A stretch of DNA of 62,522 bases, filler included, from Chloroflexota bacterium (GCA_043754535.1; 6 parts of 6 records of this genome joined end to end with filler, not necessarily neighbours in it); one strand, 5' to 3'; shown: positions 19,074-29,628, counted from the first letter of the whole stretch. Made by a program: numbers and translations. Notes: generated by a model not told the origin, from the letters alone.

Positions 19074-20507
19074 ATGGCAACGATGCCTGACAACAACACG
19101 AACGAGACCGACTTCGACCTGCTCATCCTCGGCGGCGGGCCGGGCGGCTACGTGGCCGCCCTCTACGCCGCGCTCCACAAGGGGATGCGCGTGGCGATCA
19201 TCGAGAAGGAGCGGCTGGGTGGGGTCTGCCTCAACTGGGGCTGCATCCCCAGCAAGACGATGGCGAAGGGGGCTGAACTCTACCAAACCATGCAGCACAA
19301 TGCCGCTGACTACGGGATTACTGGCAACCTCGCCTTCGACTTCGGCACCCTGATGCGCCGCAAAGATACCGTCGTCAACCAGCTTGTGGGCGGCATCTAC
19401 GCGCTGATGAAGGCGCGCAAGGTGACAGTGATCGGTGGCACCGGCGTGCTGACTAAGCCGAACACGATCACGGTCAAGACGGCGGAGGGGGTGCAGGAGT
19501 ACACCGCCAAGAAGATCATCCTTGCTACCGGCTCCTCGATCAGCAACATCCCAATCCCTGGTGCCGACCTACCTGGGGTGCTGAACAGCGACGACGCGGT
19601 TAGCCTCGAAGAATTGCCACGCAGGATGACGATCATTGGTGGCGGCTACATTGGCATGGAGTTCGCCTCGATCTTCTCCGCCCTCGGCACGAAGGTAACG
19701 GTGCTGGAGGTGCTACCCCGTATTTTGCGCCTGACCGACGAGGAGATCGTGCGCCGCTTCAGTGCGCTGATCAAGCAGCAAGGAGTGGAGATCAACACCG
19801 AGGTCAAGGTGCAGCAGATCGTGGAGGCTGAGGGTGGCCTGCGCACCCTGATCAGCGACAAGGCGGGCCAGGCGCGCCAGTTTGACAGCGATGTGGTGCT
19901 GATCGCTGGCGGGCGCACCCCCAACGTGGCTGGCACGGGCGCGACCGACCTCGGCATCGCACTCGATGCAGGCGGGCGGGCGATCAAGGTCAATGGCCGT
20001 ATGGAGACTAGCATCCCCGGCGTGTACGCAATTGGCGACGTGGTTGGCGGCATCATGCTAGCCCATGTCGCCAGTTATGAGGGCGAAGTGGCTATTGACA
20101 ACATCGTGGGCCACAGCCGCGAGGCCGACTACCACGCCGTCCCCGACTGCATCTTCACCCTGCCAGAGATAGCCAGCGTTGGCGTAAGCGAGTCGCAGGC
20201 GAAGGAGAAGGGTATCCCCTACAAGGTAGGCAAGTTCCCCTTCACCGCCCTGGGTCGGGCGCAGACGATGGGCGAGACTAGTGGGCTGGTCAAGATCGTA
20301 ACCGACCCCGGCAGCGGGGTAGTGATCGGGATGCAGGTAATGGGGCCGCACGCTAGCGACCTGATCGCCGAAGGTGCGCTGGCGGTGCAGCTTGGCGTGA
20401 AGGCTAGCGAGATTGCTGGCACTATCCACACCCACCCGACCCTGCCCGAGGCGGTGCAGGAAGCCGCTTTTGGCGCAGTTAGCGGCGGGTACATCCACTT
20501 TGGCTAG
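19074..20507 (+). CDS. lpdA: dihydrolipoyl dehydrogenase
   Basis: GGGPGGY, GGVCLNWGCIPSK, GGGYIGME, HTHPTLPE. Confidence 0.96.
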   Translation: MATMPDNNTNETDFDLLILGGGPGGYVAALYAALHKGMRVAIIEKERLGGVCLNWGCIPSKTMAKGAELYQTMQHNAADYGITGNLAFDFGTLMRRKDTVVNQLVGGIYALMKARKVTVIGGTGVLTKPNTITVKTAEGVQEYTAKKIILATGSSISNIPIPGADLPGVLNSDDAVSLEELPRRMTIIGGGYIGMEFASIFSALGTKVTVLEVLPRILRLTDEEIVRRFSALIKQQGVEINTEVKVQQIVEAEGGLRTLISDKAGQARQFDSDVVLIAGGRTPNVAGTGATDLGIALDAGGRAIKVNGRMETSIPGVYAIGDVVGGIMLAHVASYEGEVAIDNIVGHSREADYHAVPDCIFTLPEIASVGVSESQAKEKGIPYKVGKFPFTALGRAQTMGETSGLVKIVTDPGSGVVIGMQVMGPHASDLIAEGALAVQLGVKASEIAGTIHTHPTLPEAVQEAAFGAVSGGYIHFG

Positions 20508-20529
20508 CCGTTCTTTGGCTGGGGAGCAG

Positions 20530-21315
20530 TTGAGCGACTACCAACACATCTACCTTTCGCCCCACCTCGACGACGTGCCGCTCTCCTGCGGCGGCCAGGT
20601 GGCAGTGCAGGTTGCGGCGGGCGAAAGGGTACTGGTCGTCACCGTGTGCAGCTGTACGCCTGCGCCCGACCTGCCACGCACCCCCTTTGCCGCCCGGATG
20701 GAGGCCCAGTGGCAGGCTGACGGCGGCAACGACGCTGCTGCTATCTATGCCGTGCGCCACGCCGAGGAGCAGCGTGCTTTGCGCGTTCTGGGGGCTGACC
20801 ATCGCTGGCTCGACTACCTGGACGCGATCTACAGGCGCAGCGAATACGCTTCGGACGCGGCCCTGTTCGGATCCCTGGTAGCTGCGGATTACGCAGAGGT
20901 GGTGATCCCCCTGGCCCATCAGCTAGGCGAGTTGGCAGCGGAGTTCCCTACTGCCGCCTTCTACTGTCCGCTTGCCCTCGGCTTCCACGTAGATCACCAG
21001 CTAGCTCACCTTGCAGGTCGCAGCCTGGTCGGTCAGCGGCGCGTAGCCTTCTACGAGGATTTCCCCTATGCTGGGGTTGCTGGGGCGATGGCGCGGCGGC
21101 AGACCACCCTCGACCTCTCGCTCCAAGCGCAACTGGTGGAGATCGGTGGCAGCCTGAGCCGCAAGAGCGACAGCATCGCCCAGTACACCTCGCAGCTAGG
21201 CATCCTCTTTGGTGGCGAAGCAGCCATGCGTCAGGCCGTTGCTGCCTACGCTGGCACCGTCGCGGGCGGTTCTGGGGCAGCCGAACGCTACTGGTGGGCA
21301 GACCACGCGGTGTGA
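20530..21315 (+). CDS. PIG-L/LmbE family deacetylase
   Basis: SPHLDD..LSCG, R.AEE, HVDH, YEDFPY, Y.SQL, ERYW; TTG start after GGGGAG. Confidence 0.9.
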   Translation: MSDYQHIYLSPHLDDVPLSCGGQVAVQVAAGERVLVVTVCSCTPAPDLPRTPFAARMEAQWQADGGNDAAAIYAVRHAEEQRALRVLGADHRWLDYLDAIYRRSEYASDAALFGSLVAADYAEVVIPLAHQLGELAAEFPTAAFYCPLALGFHVDHQLAHLAGRSLVGQRRVAFYEDFPYAGVAGAMARRQTTLDLSLQAQLVEIGGSLSRKSDSIAQYTSQLGILFGGEAAMRQAVAAYAGTVAGGSGAAERYWWADHAV

Positions 21316-21330
21316 GGACGACGCACAGAG

Positions 21331-21354
21331 AGGGCAGACCGGCTGATCTGCCCT
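21331..21354. terminator. hairpin between convergent genes
   Basis: AGGGCAGA...TCTGCCCT inverted repeat. Confidence 0.5.
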
Positions 21355-21377
21355 TCCCTACTACCTACCCATACTGC

Positions 21378-22601
21378 CTAAGCGGCTACTTCTTCGCTGC
21401 GAGCGCGGAACAGGCGGGTGGCGATCAAATAGCAGACCAGGCCGTAAACGATCAGCACTGCCAGGTTGGGCAGGATGTCACCCACCCCCTTGCCGAAGAT
21501 CATGATCTTGTTGAAGCCCTCCATCGCCCAGCTTGTCAGGGTCACGCGGCTAACCCCCTGCATCCAGTTGGGTAGCAGCCAGAGGGGGAACCAGGCTCCG
21601 CCCAGCGCGGAGGAGCCGAGGACGACTAGGGTGGAGACGGAAGCTAGCTGGCGGCGGCTGCGAACCAGGCTGACCAGCAGCATTGCCAGCCCCGTTGCGG
21701 CGAACGGCACTGCCAGGGTGAGCAGCACCAGGCCGAGCAGGTTGCCAGCGTGCGCCCCGAAGCCGACGATACCAATCAGCAGCAGCAATGCTACCTGGAT
21801 CACACCAATCACGTACTGCGCGAACATCTTGCCGCCGATCAAGGCCCAGGGGCGCAGAGGGGTGAGTAGCAGCCGCTTGAACGTGCCTGCCTCCTTCTCC
21901 TCCAGGATGCTACCTGCGCCATTGCTGATCGCAAACAGGGCAAACATCAGGGCGTAGCCGGGAACCACCACGTCGAAGCCACTGGGGGTCGGCCCCTCCT
22001 GCTTCTGCTCCTGTGCGCTGATACTGGCGGTCGGCTTCCGCAGGCTCTCCTGCGCCTGGCTACCCGCTGCCAGCCCCACCGCTTGCAGTTGGTCAGCCGT
22101 GGCATTGGGCATCGCCTGTTTGTAGGCAGCTACGGCTGCGGCCCGGCTGGTACGCACTGCATTGTAGCTGTTCACTACGTCCCTGACGATGCTCTCGGCA
22201 GCGGCAGCGCGTGCGTCGTTGCCAGGGGTTTTAACTACGGCAAGCTGGGCCTGCCCCTGCCCTTCCAATGCGGCACCGTAGCCAGCGGGGATTACAATGT
22301 AGGCTGGCACGGAGTTGTTCACGTCGCTCAACCGCTGCTTGGCCGCCGCCTCGTCTGCGACGAACTCTAGCTTGAGTATCTTCGTGCTGCTAAGTACGTT
22401 GGTGAACTGCTTGCTGGCCGCCCCATCCTGGTTGACGACGGCGAGTGGCACGCTGAAGCTATCAGTGCTACTGTCCACCTTGAAGATCGAGCCGAGGATC
22501 GCCATCAGCACTAGCGGCACGACCAGCATATAGACCAGTGCGCCCTTATCCTTCCAGAGCAGAGTCAAGTCCTTCATTGCTACCTGAAATAGTCTGTTCA
22601 T
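21378..22601 (-). CDS. ABC-2 type exporter permease
   Basis: AVVNQD, EEKEAGTFKRLLLTP, LGGAWFP...LPNWMQ. Confidence 0.92.
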   Translation of the reverse strand: MNRLFQVAMKDLTLLWKDKGALVYMLVVPLVLMAILGSIFKVDSSTDSFSVPLAVVNQDGAASKQFTNVLSSTKILKLEFVADEAAAKQRLSDVNNSVPAYIVIPAGYGAALEGQGQAQLAVVKTPGNDARAAAAESIVRDVVNSYNAVRTSRAAAVAAYKQAMPNATADQLQAVGLAAGSQAQESLRKPTASISAQEQKQEGPTPSGFDVVVPGYALMFALFAISNGAGSILEEKEAGTFKRLLLTPLRPWALIGGKMFAQYVIGVIQVALLLLIGIVGFGAHAGNLLGLVLLTLAVPFAATGLAMLLVSLVRSRRQLASVSTLVVLGSSALGGAWFPLWLLPNWMQGVSRVTLTSWAMEGFNKIMIFGKGVGDILPNLAVLIVYGLVCYLIATRLFRARSEEVAA

Positions 22602-22650
22602 CGCTACCTACCTTCCTTGTTGCTTGCTGCCTTCACGCCCGCAGTGACTA

Positions 22651-23472
22651 TCACTCGCGTAGGGTCTTACCCGTCAGTTGCAGGAACAACTCCTCTAGGC
22701 CACGTGGTTTCTGCACCAGGATCTCGCTCTGGTCGCGCAAGGCTAGCAGTTGGTCTAGCGTGCCAATGGCGATCAGCTTGCCGTTGTCTACAATGGCGAT
22801 GCGGTCGCAGAGCCGCTCGGCTTCTTCCATGTAGTGCGTGGTATAGAGTAGGGTCAGGCCGTTTGCCTTCAGTTGCTCGATATTCTCGAAGATCGCATTG
22901 CGGCTCTGCGGGTCTACGCCAACGGTTGGCTCGTCCAGCAGCAGTAGGTCAGGGTTGTTGATCAGGCCGACTGCGATGTTCAGCCGCCGCTTCATGCCGC
23001 CAGAGTAGTGCTTGACTGGCTCGCTGCGACGGTCGTAGAGGCCCATCAGGTTCAGCAGTTCGGCGGCCCGCGCCTGCAAAGCCTTGCGCTCAAGCTGGTA
23101 CATCTGGCCGAAGAAGGTCAGGTTCTCCTCAGCGGTTAGCTCCTCGTAGAGGGCCAATTCTTGTGGCACTACGCCGATCCGCTCCTTGATGTCGTCGGCC
23201 TGCTTCACTGTGTCCATCCCCAGAACGGTAACGTGGCCGCTCGTTGGCCGTAGGTAGCTGGAGATCATGTTGATCGTGGTAGACTTGCCCGCTCCGTTAG
23301 GGCCGAGTAGCCCGAAGGTCTCGCCTCGCTTGATCGTGAAGCTGATCCCTTTGACCGCCTCGAACTTGCCGAAGGTCTTGGCAGCAGCAGCGACGTTCAC
23401 CACATCGTTGATGTGGCTCTGGGTCGCGGTTAGGGTGGTAATGCTCGCTTGCTCTTGTAGTGCGCTTCTCAT
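22651..23472 (-). CDS. ABC exporter ATP-binding protein (DrrA/CcmA-like)
   Basis: GPNGAGKST, YSGGMKRR, LLLDEPT, HYMEEAERLCDR. Confidence 0.95.
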   Translation of the reverse strand: MRSALQEQASITTLTATQSHINDVVNVAAAAKTFGKFEAVKGISFTIKRGETFGLLGPNGAGKSTTINMISSYLRPTSGHVTVLGMDTVKQADDIKERIGVVPQELALYEELTAEENLTFFGQMYQLERKALQARAAELLNLMGLYDRRSEPVKHYSGGMKRRLNIAVGLINNPDLLLLDEPTVGVDPQSRNAIFENIEQLKANGLTLLYTTHYMEEAERLCDRIAIVDNGKLIAIGTLDQLLALRDQSEILVQKPRGLEELFLQLTGKTLRE

Positions 23473-23481
23473 TGTTGCTCC

Positions 23482-23802
23482 TTAGCAGTTGCTGCTCATG
23501 CGCCGCATTTCTTGCTCCACAGCCTGTTCATGTTCGCTGGCGGTGGGTTGGCTGGGGGCATAAGCCTGCTGGTACTCGAAGAACAGGCCGATGCCCCAGC
23601 CGAAGGCGACCCAGATCGGCCAGAAGTAGAGTGCTTCGCCGCTGCTGAGCAAGATCGCCAGCCAGACCGCCACCTGGAGGCCAACTACGGCCAGGTAGGT
23701 GAGCAGATGATTGCGGAACTTCTCCTTTGCTACCACGCGCCGGGTTGCATCCAGGAGCAACTGCTCGTTAGGGTCGCTCTTGCTGCGCCGATTGTTGTCC
23801 AT
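23482..23802 (-). CDS. 2TM domain protein
   Basis: FRNHLLTYLAV, FWPIWVAFGWGIGL, EQEMRR. Confidence 0.85.
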   Translation of the reverse strand: MDNNRRSKSDPNEQLLLDATRRVVAKEKFRNHLLTYLAVVGLQVAVWLAILLSSGEALYFWPIWVAFGWGIGLFFEYQQAYAPSQPTASEHEQAVEQEMRRMSSNC

Positions 23803-23854
23803 TACAATCCATCCTTTCAGGGAGCTTGCCCAGCTAGTGAGTGATAAAGGTTGA

Positions 23855-24472
23855 TTAAACCGTTCCAGAGGCGGCTCGTTCACTTTGCCGCCCCCTGCTG
23901 TAGAAAAGCCAGCCTGCCAGCAGGTAGTTGCAGCCCACTAGCAACGAGGCGGGCGAGATCAGGGTTGGTGGCGGGAAGAAGGCAGGCAGAGCGACCAACG
24001 CGACAAGCTGGCAGAAGCCGAGGACTGAGACGCGCAAATCAGTGAATGCGCCGATTACCGCCAGCCCGAAGGCCGCCGCCATGCCAATCACGTAGTCAGT
24101 GTAGAGGAAGGTGCCACCGTTAGCCTGGTAGAGGGCAAAAATTAGCAAGGACGCGCCGCTGAGGATGACCACCCAGAACACGAATGCGCTACGGTTGCCG
24201 CGTTGCTCTGCCGTCTGCAACTGGCTGTGCTGGCGCATCCCCCAGCCGAGAGACAGCCCCCAGCCGACGGCGGTGATCAGCAACGAAATAGCACCGCTGA
24301 TGCTGGCAGGCAGCAGGTTGAGGAAGGCAAAGCCAATGGTGGCTAGCCCCCAAACAAAGAAGTAGAACCCTGAGCCACTGCTGGCCTGCGCCCGCTCACT
24401 GAGGGTGAGCTTGATTGCTTCCAAGTCGCGGTCAGCCTCATTGCGGTTGCTCTTGTTCGTGGTTGGTTGCAT
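23855..24472 (-). CDS. hypothetical multi-pass membrane protein
   Basis: About 6 TM segments; DLEAIK N-terminus similar in layout to 24853..25479. Confidence 0.75.
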   Translation of the reverse strand: MQPTTNKSNRNEADRDLEAIKLTLSERAQASSGSGFYFFVWGLATIGFAFLNLLPASISGAISLLITAVGWGLSLGWGMRQHSQLQTAEQRGNRSAFVFWVVILSGASLLIFALYQANGGTFLYTDYVIGMAAAFGLAVIGAFTDLRVSVLGFCQLVALVALPAFFPPPTLISPASLLVGCNYLLAGWLFYSRGRQSERAASGTV

Positions 24473-24484
24473 GATCCTGCCCCT

Positions 24485-24853
24485 TCAGTCTACCATCTTG
24501 ATGATCTGTTCAAGGGTGGCGACATAGCCGCGAAAGGCTTGCAGCCCCTCGGCAGTCAGCCGCACCCAGGTCTTCGGTTTCTTGTCCACAAAACCCTTGT
24601 CTATCGCGATGTAAGCGTTGTTCTCCAGCACAGTCAGGTGGGTGCTGAGGTTGCCGTCGGTAAGGGCCAGCCGCCCCTTGATGTAGCCAAACTCGGCCTC
24701 GCGCCCTGGCATGGCTGCCAGCAAGGAGACGATCCCTAGCCGCACCTTCTGGTGGATTACTTCGTCGAGGCTGGCCGCTGAGGGGCTGGCGGTGGTTTCG
24801 CCAGGTGGTGTGGCACTGCTGTCGCTGCTACCGTTCTTGCCTGCCTTCGCCAT
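24485..24853 (-). CDS. winged-helix transcriptional regulator (HTH_34/MarR-like)
   Basis: LDEVIHQKVRLGIVSLL, LTDGNLSTHL..LE, KPKTWVRLT.EG. Confidence 0.92.
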   Translation of the reverse strand: MAKAGKNGSSDSSATPPGETTASPSAASLDEVIHQKVRLGIVSLLAAMPGREAEFGYIKGRLALTDGNLSTHLTVLENNAYIAIDKGFVDKKPKTWVRLTAEGLQAFRGYVATLEQIIKMVD

Positions 24854-25479
24854 CAGCTTCTCCTCAACAGGTAGAGACCAAAGCCGATAGTTGGTAGACC
24901 AAAGGTAAGACCAAGAGCGTAAAGCTGGTAATCCATAAAGAAGAACAGGGTAAGCAGCGAACCGACGATGTAGGCCAGGCCAATTAGAGCCCGGCGTGGC
25001 TGGACGAAGGTGGCTTTAGCGACGAGGCCGCAACCAAACACAAGGCCGACGATCACCAGGCTGTACTGCGGGCTGAAGGCGTGATAGAAGAAGGAGAGGG
25101 CGAGTACCGCCCAGATGTGACAGAGGATAGCCACGCTGATGATCGTTTGGCGACCGAGCAGCCAGCGGGCCGAGCGGCTGATCGCGGTTACCCGCTGGCG
25201 GCGGATGACGACTAGGCTGGCGACCACTCCGCCGCTAACCAGCAGCCAGACGGCCACCTGCCACCAGCCCTTGATCAGTGCGCTGCCCAAGAAGCCGAGC
25301 AGCATGGAGGTGCCAAGCAGGATGTAGCTAGCCGCTCCCCCACTCAACTCCACCTCCTCGTGGGTGCGGCTCATCGTCTGGCTGATCAGTTGTAGGTTAG
25401 CCAACGCTTCTTCGCGCCTTGTTGCCGCTACCCTGCCCTCTGCCGCCTCAAAGGTGACGCTTTCGCTACCCTGCTCCAT
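24853..25479 (-). CDS. hypothetical multi-pass membrane protein
   Basis: ALANLQLISQTMSRT N-terminus, about 6 TM segments; stop overlaps the regulator start (TGATG). Confidence 0.75.
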   Translation of the reverse strand: MEQGSESVTFEAAEGRVAATRREEALANLQLISQTMSRTHEEVELSGGAASYILLGTSMLLGFLGSALIKGWWQVAVWLLVSGGVVASLVVIRRQRVTAISRSARWLLGRQTIISVAILCHIWAVLALSFFYHAFSPQYSLVIVGLVFGCGLVAKATFVQPRRALIGLAYIVGSLLTLFFFMDYQLYALGLTFGLPTIGFGLYLLRRS

Positions 25480-25695
25480 TTTACCAACCTCTCTCTGTCT
25501 ACACAAAGCTGTCTTGCCGGCAAAGCACTTTGTCCAGCAAAGTTATCATACACCGATCATCCCATCTTGTCAAGGGTCTAGACAGGCTAAGCGACAAGAT
25601 TGTTACATAGCGATAGTTGGGCGGGCCAGCACACAGCAAAAGGCACCCGCCGGTTGACTGCCCCGGTTGGTGCCTACCACCTTCTGCTAAGCCTG

Positions 25696-27294
25696 CTACT
25701 TGTTGATGGCGAAGCTGGTAGTCAGTGACCGCTCAAAGGGGTAGCCCTTACTGTCTAGACCGCGCACGGTGAGTGAGAGATTGTGGACACCGACTGCGTT
25801 GGGCATTATCAGGTTGAGCGTGCCGCCGTCGCGCAAGATGCTGCTGCTATCTCGGCTGGCAAGGTGGCTATCCACGTTCAGGTTGGTGAGGGCGGTGCCG
25901 CCGTCGCTAGCGGTAAGACCAAAGCCCACCATCATGTCGGCGGCAAAGACGCTCTCCTTTACCTTGCTGCTCAGGCCGACGCTCAGGCTGCTGGCTGGCT
26001 CGGCAACCATCAGATAGGCGTTCGGCTTGTTGCCACCCGCCTTGAGGCTGAAGCTGTTCAGGCTGGCCGCCGTCGCGTTGCTGACGGTTAGCTGCCAGTT
26101 ACCCGGCTGGGGTGCGTCAAGCTGGAAGTAGTGTTGCTCTGCTCCCTTAAACACATCGTCGTTCGCTGCCGCCTGCTGCCCACTCTGGGTATAGAGCTTG
26201 CCAGCAGGGTCGCGCAACGTCACCTGGGTGCCAGGGCCGGTCAATACCGCAACATTAAGAGCTTTCACGCCGCTCTCCAGCGGGAAGCTCTCGCTGGCGG
26301 TGCCATCGACCAGGCCGCCGCGCAGGATGCTGGCGGCTGGCAGGCTAGCGTAGGGCGAGTCTGCTACGACGATTGCCGCTGCCCCATCGCCATGCCAGTA
26401 GGAGCGCACGTTTGGTTCGACCCGCGACCAGTAGTTGTGGCCGATGCCGATGGTGTCGTGGGTGAGGCCACCGTCGCTAAAGAGCCAGGTGGCGCGGGGG
26501 TGATGCGCGCTGCTGACTGTCACCGCCCCATCGTTGTCGCCATAGAAGCTGAGGTAGGCACCGCCAAACCAGAGCGAACCAAAGAGCGAGCCGTGGTTAG
26601 TACCGCCGCTGCTGAAGTAGCGGGTGCCATCGTTCTCACTACGGCTGTCAGTCAGCGCACGGAAGTTGCTCATCTGGCCGGTTTGCAGGGAGTACACTGC
26701 GTCGTCGCGCTGGCCGAGGATGCTGGCTAGCCAGCCTGCCCACCAGCTATAGCTGAGGTCGGCAAGCTGCGACCCCCAATTTGGGCTAGATAGTTGGGCC
26801 AGGTTCTGCACCTTGCCTGCTGCGCCATAGTGAACAATAGCCGCGTTGGTGTCCAGGCCGCCCTTGCTGTGGGCGATCACATTCACCCCGCTAACCCCAT
26901 AGCGGCCTGCGATGGTGTTGATTTGGCCCGCCAGCATTGCACCGTTGTTCCAGATGCTGCCGCCGCTGCCGCCCGCGTCGTTCAGGTCAACAAAAGCCGT
27001 GCGGTAGCCCGCGTAGTAGGCAAGATTGTAGCTGTCGTCACCGCCCGTCCACCACTTGTTGGCCTGCCCATGCATACCCTGCACAAAGAGCAGCACCGGC
27101 TTGTTCGTGCCGCCACCGCTGGGGGTCGCACCGTAGTAGATCGTTCCCGGCGCACCATCGCCACTGCCGCCTGCTCGTGTGGGGGCGGGTGGGTTCTTGC
27201 TATTCGCAGCCTCACCAATGCCGCTGACCGCGAAGATCAGCATCGCTACTACTGCCAGCACACAGAGCCGCAGCATCACTATCCTTTGCTTCAT
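25696..27294 (-). CDS. secreted alpha/beta hydrolase (lipase/esterase) with C-terminal beta-rich domain
   Basis: Signal peptide, AGGAGG RBS; AHSKGG nucleophile elbow, SSPNWGS, NDGAV, His in THD. Confidence 0.88.
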   Translation of the reverse strand: MKQRIVMLRLCVLAVVAMLIFAVSGIGEAANSKNPPAPTRAGGSGDGAPGTIYYGATPSGGGTNKPVLLFVQGMHGQANKWWTGGDDSYNLAYYAGYRTAFVDLNDAGGSGGSIWNNGAMLAGQINTIAGRYGVSGVNVIAHSKGGLDTNAAIVHYGAAGKVQNLAQLSSPNWGSQLADLSYSWWAGWLASILGQRDDAVYSLQTGQMSNFRALTDSRSENDGTRYFSSGGTNHGSLFGSLWFGGAYLSFYGDNDGAVTVSSAHHPRATWLFSDGGLTHDTIGIGHNYWSRVEPNVRSYWHGDGAAAIVVADSPYASLPAASILRGGLVDGTASESFPLESGVKALNVAVLTGPGTQVTLRDPAGKLYTQSGQQAAANDDVFKGAEQHYFQLDAPQPGNWQLTVSNATAASLNSFSLKAGGNKPNAYLMVAEPASSLSVGLSSKVKESVFAADMMVGFGLTASDGGTALTNLNVDSHLASRDSSSILRDGGTLNLIMPNAVGVHNLSLTVRGLDSKGYPFERSLTTSFAINK

Positions 27295-27620
27295 CACCAA
27301 CCTCCTTGTTGCTTGAGGAAGCCGCCCTGCCCAACCTACCCTTCCACCAGAGCAGGTCGGGCGGTGCGGTTTGTACGCAACCTTCGGCACAACAAACCCG
27401 GCCTCCGGTTGGCTACCATTCTACTACTGGGGTAGCGAAAACGCAACTGTTGGCAGGGAAATAACAGGGCTATGCTAAAGGTGGAGCCGACTGCGGCTGC
27501 ACCCTGCGTACAGAGAGGGCTTCGCAACAGCCCTGCTTAGCTCAAGCATTAGAGTTGTCTCAGTTTGCCAAACGTGGTACAATACATAACGCAAGAAGTC
27601 AGCCACAGGAGAGTTCACCT

Positions 27621-28409
27621 TTGCCCAAAACAGCCCGCCGCGCCCGCATCTTCGCCCTAGCCAACCAGAAGGGGGGCGTGGGTAAGACGACTACCGCCAC
27701 TAACCTCGCCTCCTACATCGCGGCGGCGGGGCGGCGCGTCCTCTTGATCGACTCCGATCCGCAGGCTAATGCCACCAGCACCCTCGGCTTTGATAAGAAC
27801 GAGATTGAGATATCGCTCTACGACGTACTGATCAGGGAGCAGCCCGCAACTGATGCTATCCTGCCCAGCGGTAGGCCAGAGTTTGACGTGCTGCCTGCCG
27901 CCCCCGAACTGGCTGGGGCTGAAGTTGAACTGGTCAACATGGGCAACCGCGAGCATCGGCTTACGCAGGCGATCAACTCGGTGGCAGGTAGCTACAACTA
28001 TGTGTTTATTGACTTGCCCCCTTCCCTCGGTCTGCTGACGGTTAACGCACTGACTGCTGCTGACGGGGTGGTGATCCCGATCCAGTGCGAGTACCTCGCG
28101 CTTGAGGGGCTGGTGCAACTGGATAACACGATTCACCTGGTTAGCGAGAACCTGAACAAGCGGCTAAAGATCGCGGGTATAGTGATGACCATGTACGACA
28201 GCCGCAACAATCTGGCTAACCAGGTGGTCGAAGAAGTGCGCCGCCACTACCCGAATGACCTGTTCGAAACCCTGATCCCGCGCAACGTGCGGATCGGTGA
28301 AGCCCCTAGCTATGGGCAGACCATCCGCGAGTACGACCCCAATTCACGTGGCGCGCAGGCGTACAAACAGCTAGCCACTGAGTTTCTGGCACGCATTGAA
28401 GGACAGTAG
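27621..28409 (+). CDS. soj: chromosome partitioning ATPase Soj/ParA
   Basis: NQKGGVGKTTT, DSDPQANAT, PPSLGLLT, QCEYLALEG, IPRNVRIGEAPSYG. Confidence 0.95.
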   Translation: MPKTARRARIFALANQKGGVGKTTTATNLASYIAAAGRRVLLIDSDPQANATSTLGFDKNEIEISLYDVLIREQPATDAILPSGRPEFDVLPAAPELAGAEVELVNMGNREHRLTQAINSVAGSYNYVFIDLPPSLGLLTVNALTAADGVVIPIQCEYLALEGLVQLDNTIHLVSENLNKRLKIAGIVMTMYDSRNNLANQVVEEVRRHYPNDLFETLIPRNVRIGEAPSYGQTIREYDPNSRGAQAYKQLATEFLARIEGQ

Positions 28410-28411
28410 CA

Positions 28412-29485
28412 ATGGCAAAAGGCGGTCTGGGTAGAGGACTGGGCGCACTAATACCGGGCGGTGGCAACCAGCCAGCGGAGCTTCGGCCTGTGCCGAAAAC
28501 GGGCCGCAACCAACCGCCCCTGGAGCGCAATGACGACGCGCCAGGGCAGGAGCAGGCCGAGGTGGCAGGGCCGCCGCAAACCCCTAACACGACCAATATG
28601 CCACTGCTTGAGGTGCCAGTCGCCCACATCCATCCCAACGAGTTCCAGCCGCGCATCATCTTCAACGAGGGCAAGTTGCGCGAACTGGCCGACTCGATCA
28701 AGGAGCATGGCGTGATGCAGCCGCTGGTTGTCACCAAATTGACCCTCCCGCCGCTACCGCCCCGCCCAGGTCGCAAGCCCGAACCCGTGCAACTCTACCA
28801 GTTGATCGCTGGGGAACGCCGCCTGCGCGCCGCCAAGCTGGCTGGGCTGACCACAGTGCCAGTGATAGTCAAGGAAGCCAGCGACGAAGATCGCTTGTCA
28901 TTGGCCCTGGTGGAGAACATCCAGCGTGCTGACCTCGGCCCGACTGAGGAGGCGCAGGCCTATCGCCTGCTGATCGACCAATTCAACCTCACCCATGAGG
29001 GGGTGGCGAAGCGCGTCGGCAAGAACCGTTCGACGATCACCAATATGCTGCGGGTGCTTGACGGTACGCCAGAGACGCTCGCTGCCCTCAGTGCCGAGCG
29101 GATTACGATGGGTCACGCGGTCGCTCTACGTGGCATCACCAACCGCGAAGGCGAGCTTGCTATCCTCAACAAGGTGATGGAGGAGGGCCTGAGTGTAAGA
29201 GCGACCGAGAATCTTGCCCGCGAGGTAGAGGAGCGGGGCTTGAGCGGCCTTACTTCGCAGGGCGAACTGCGCGGCGTAGCTGTCAGCAGCCACACCCGCC
29301 CTGGCCCTGCCCTCCGCCTCAACGCCGACGACCGCGCCATCCAAGAACGCTTCAGCGGCGCACTAGGCACTCGCGTGGAGTTCAACCGCAACGGCAAGAA
29401 GGGCAAGCTGGTTATCTACTACGACGATGAGGAGATTTTGCAGACGATCTACGAGAAGATCGTGGGCGAGGATCAGGGTTTCTAG
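28412..29485 (+). CDS. parB: chromosome partitioning protein ParB/Spo0J
   Basis: GLGRGLGALI, QPR, IAGERRLRAA, ENIQR, canonical HTH GKNRSTITNMLR. Confidence 0.95.
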   Translation: MAKGGLGRGLGALIPGGGNQPAELRPVPKTGRNQPPLERNDDAPGQEQAEVAGPPQTPNTTNMPLLEVPVAHIHPNEFQPRIIFNEGKLRELADSIKEHGVMQPLVVTKLTLPPLPPRPGRKPEPVQLYQLIAGERRLRAAKLAGLTTVPVIVKEASDEDRLSLALVENIQRADLGPTEEAQAYRLLIDQFNLTHEGVAKRVGKNRSTITNMLRVLDGTPETLAALSAERITMGHAVALRGITNREGELAILNKVMEEGLSVRATENLAREVEERGLSGLTSQGELRGVAVSSHTRPGPALRLNADDRAIQERFSGALGTRVEFNRNGKKGKLVIYYDDEEILQTIYEKIVGEDQGF

Positions 29486-29512
29486 ACCGCTTGATCTTGA
29501 GTGAGCAGTTGT

Positions 29513-29540
29513 AGGGGCGTGCCAATCGGTACGCCCCTTT
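29513..29540 (+). terminator. intrinsic terminator after parB
   Basis: AGGGGCGTGCC-AATC-GGTACGCCCCT-TT. Confidence 0.65.
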
Positions 29541-29628
29541 GCCTGTGACGGCTGGCACGGCTATTGCCTTCTTCTCCACTAGCGTTTGGTCTAATCATAA
29601 TGCATGGTGCGACAAGGAGGCAGCAGCT

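Noticed and set aside
27400..29540. Canonical parS near chromosomal soj/parB
   Set aside because: No TGTTTCACGTGAAACA-like site seen by eye.
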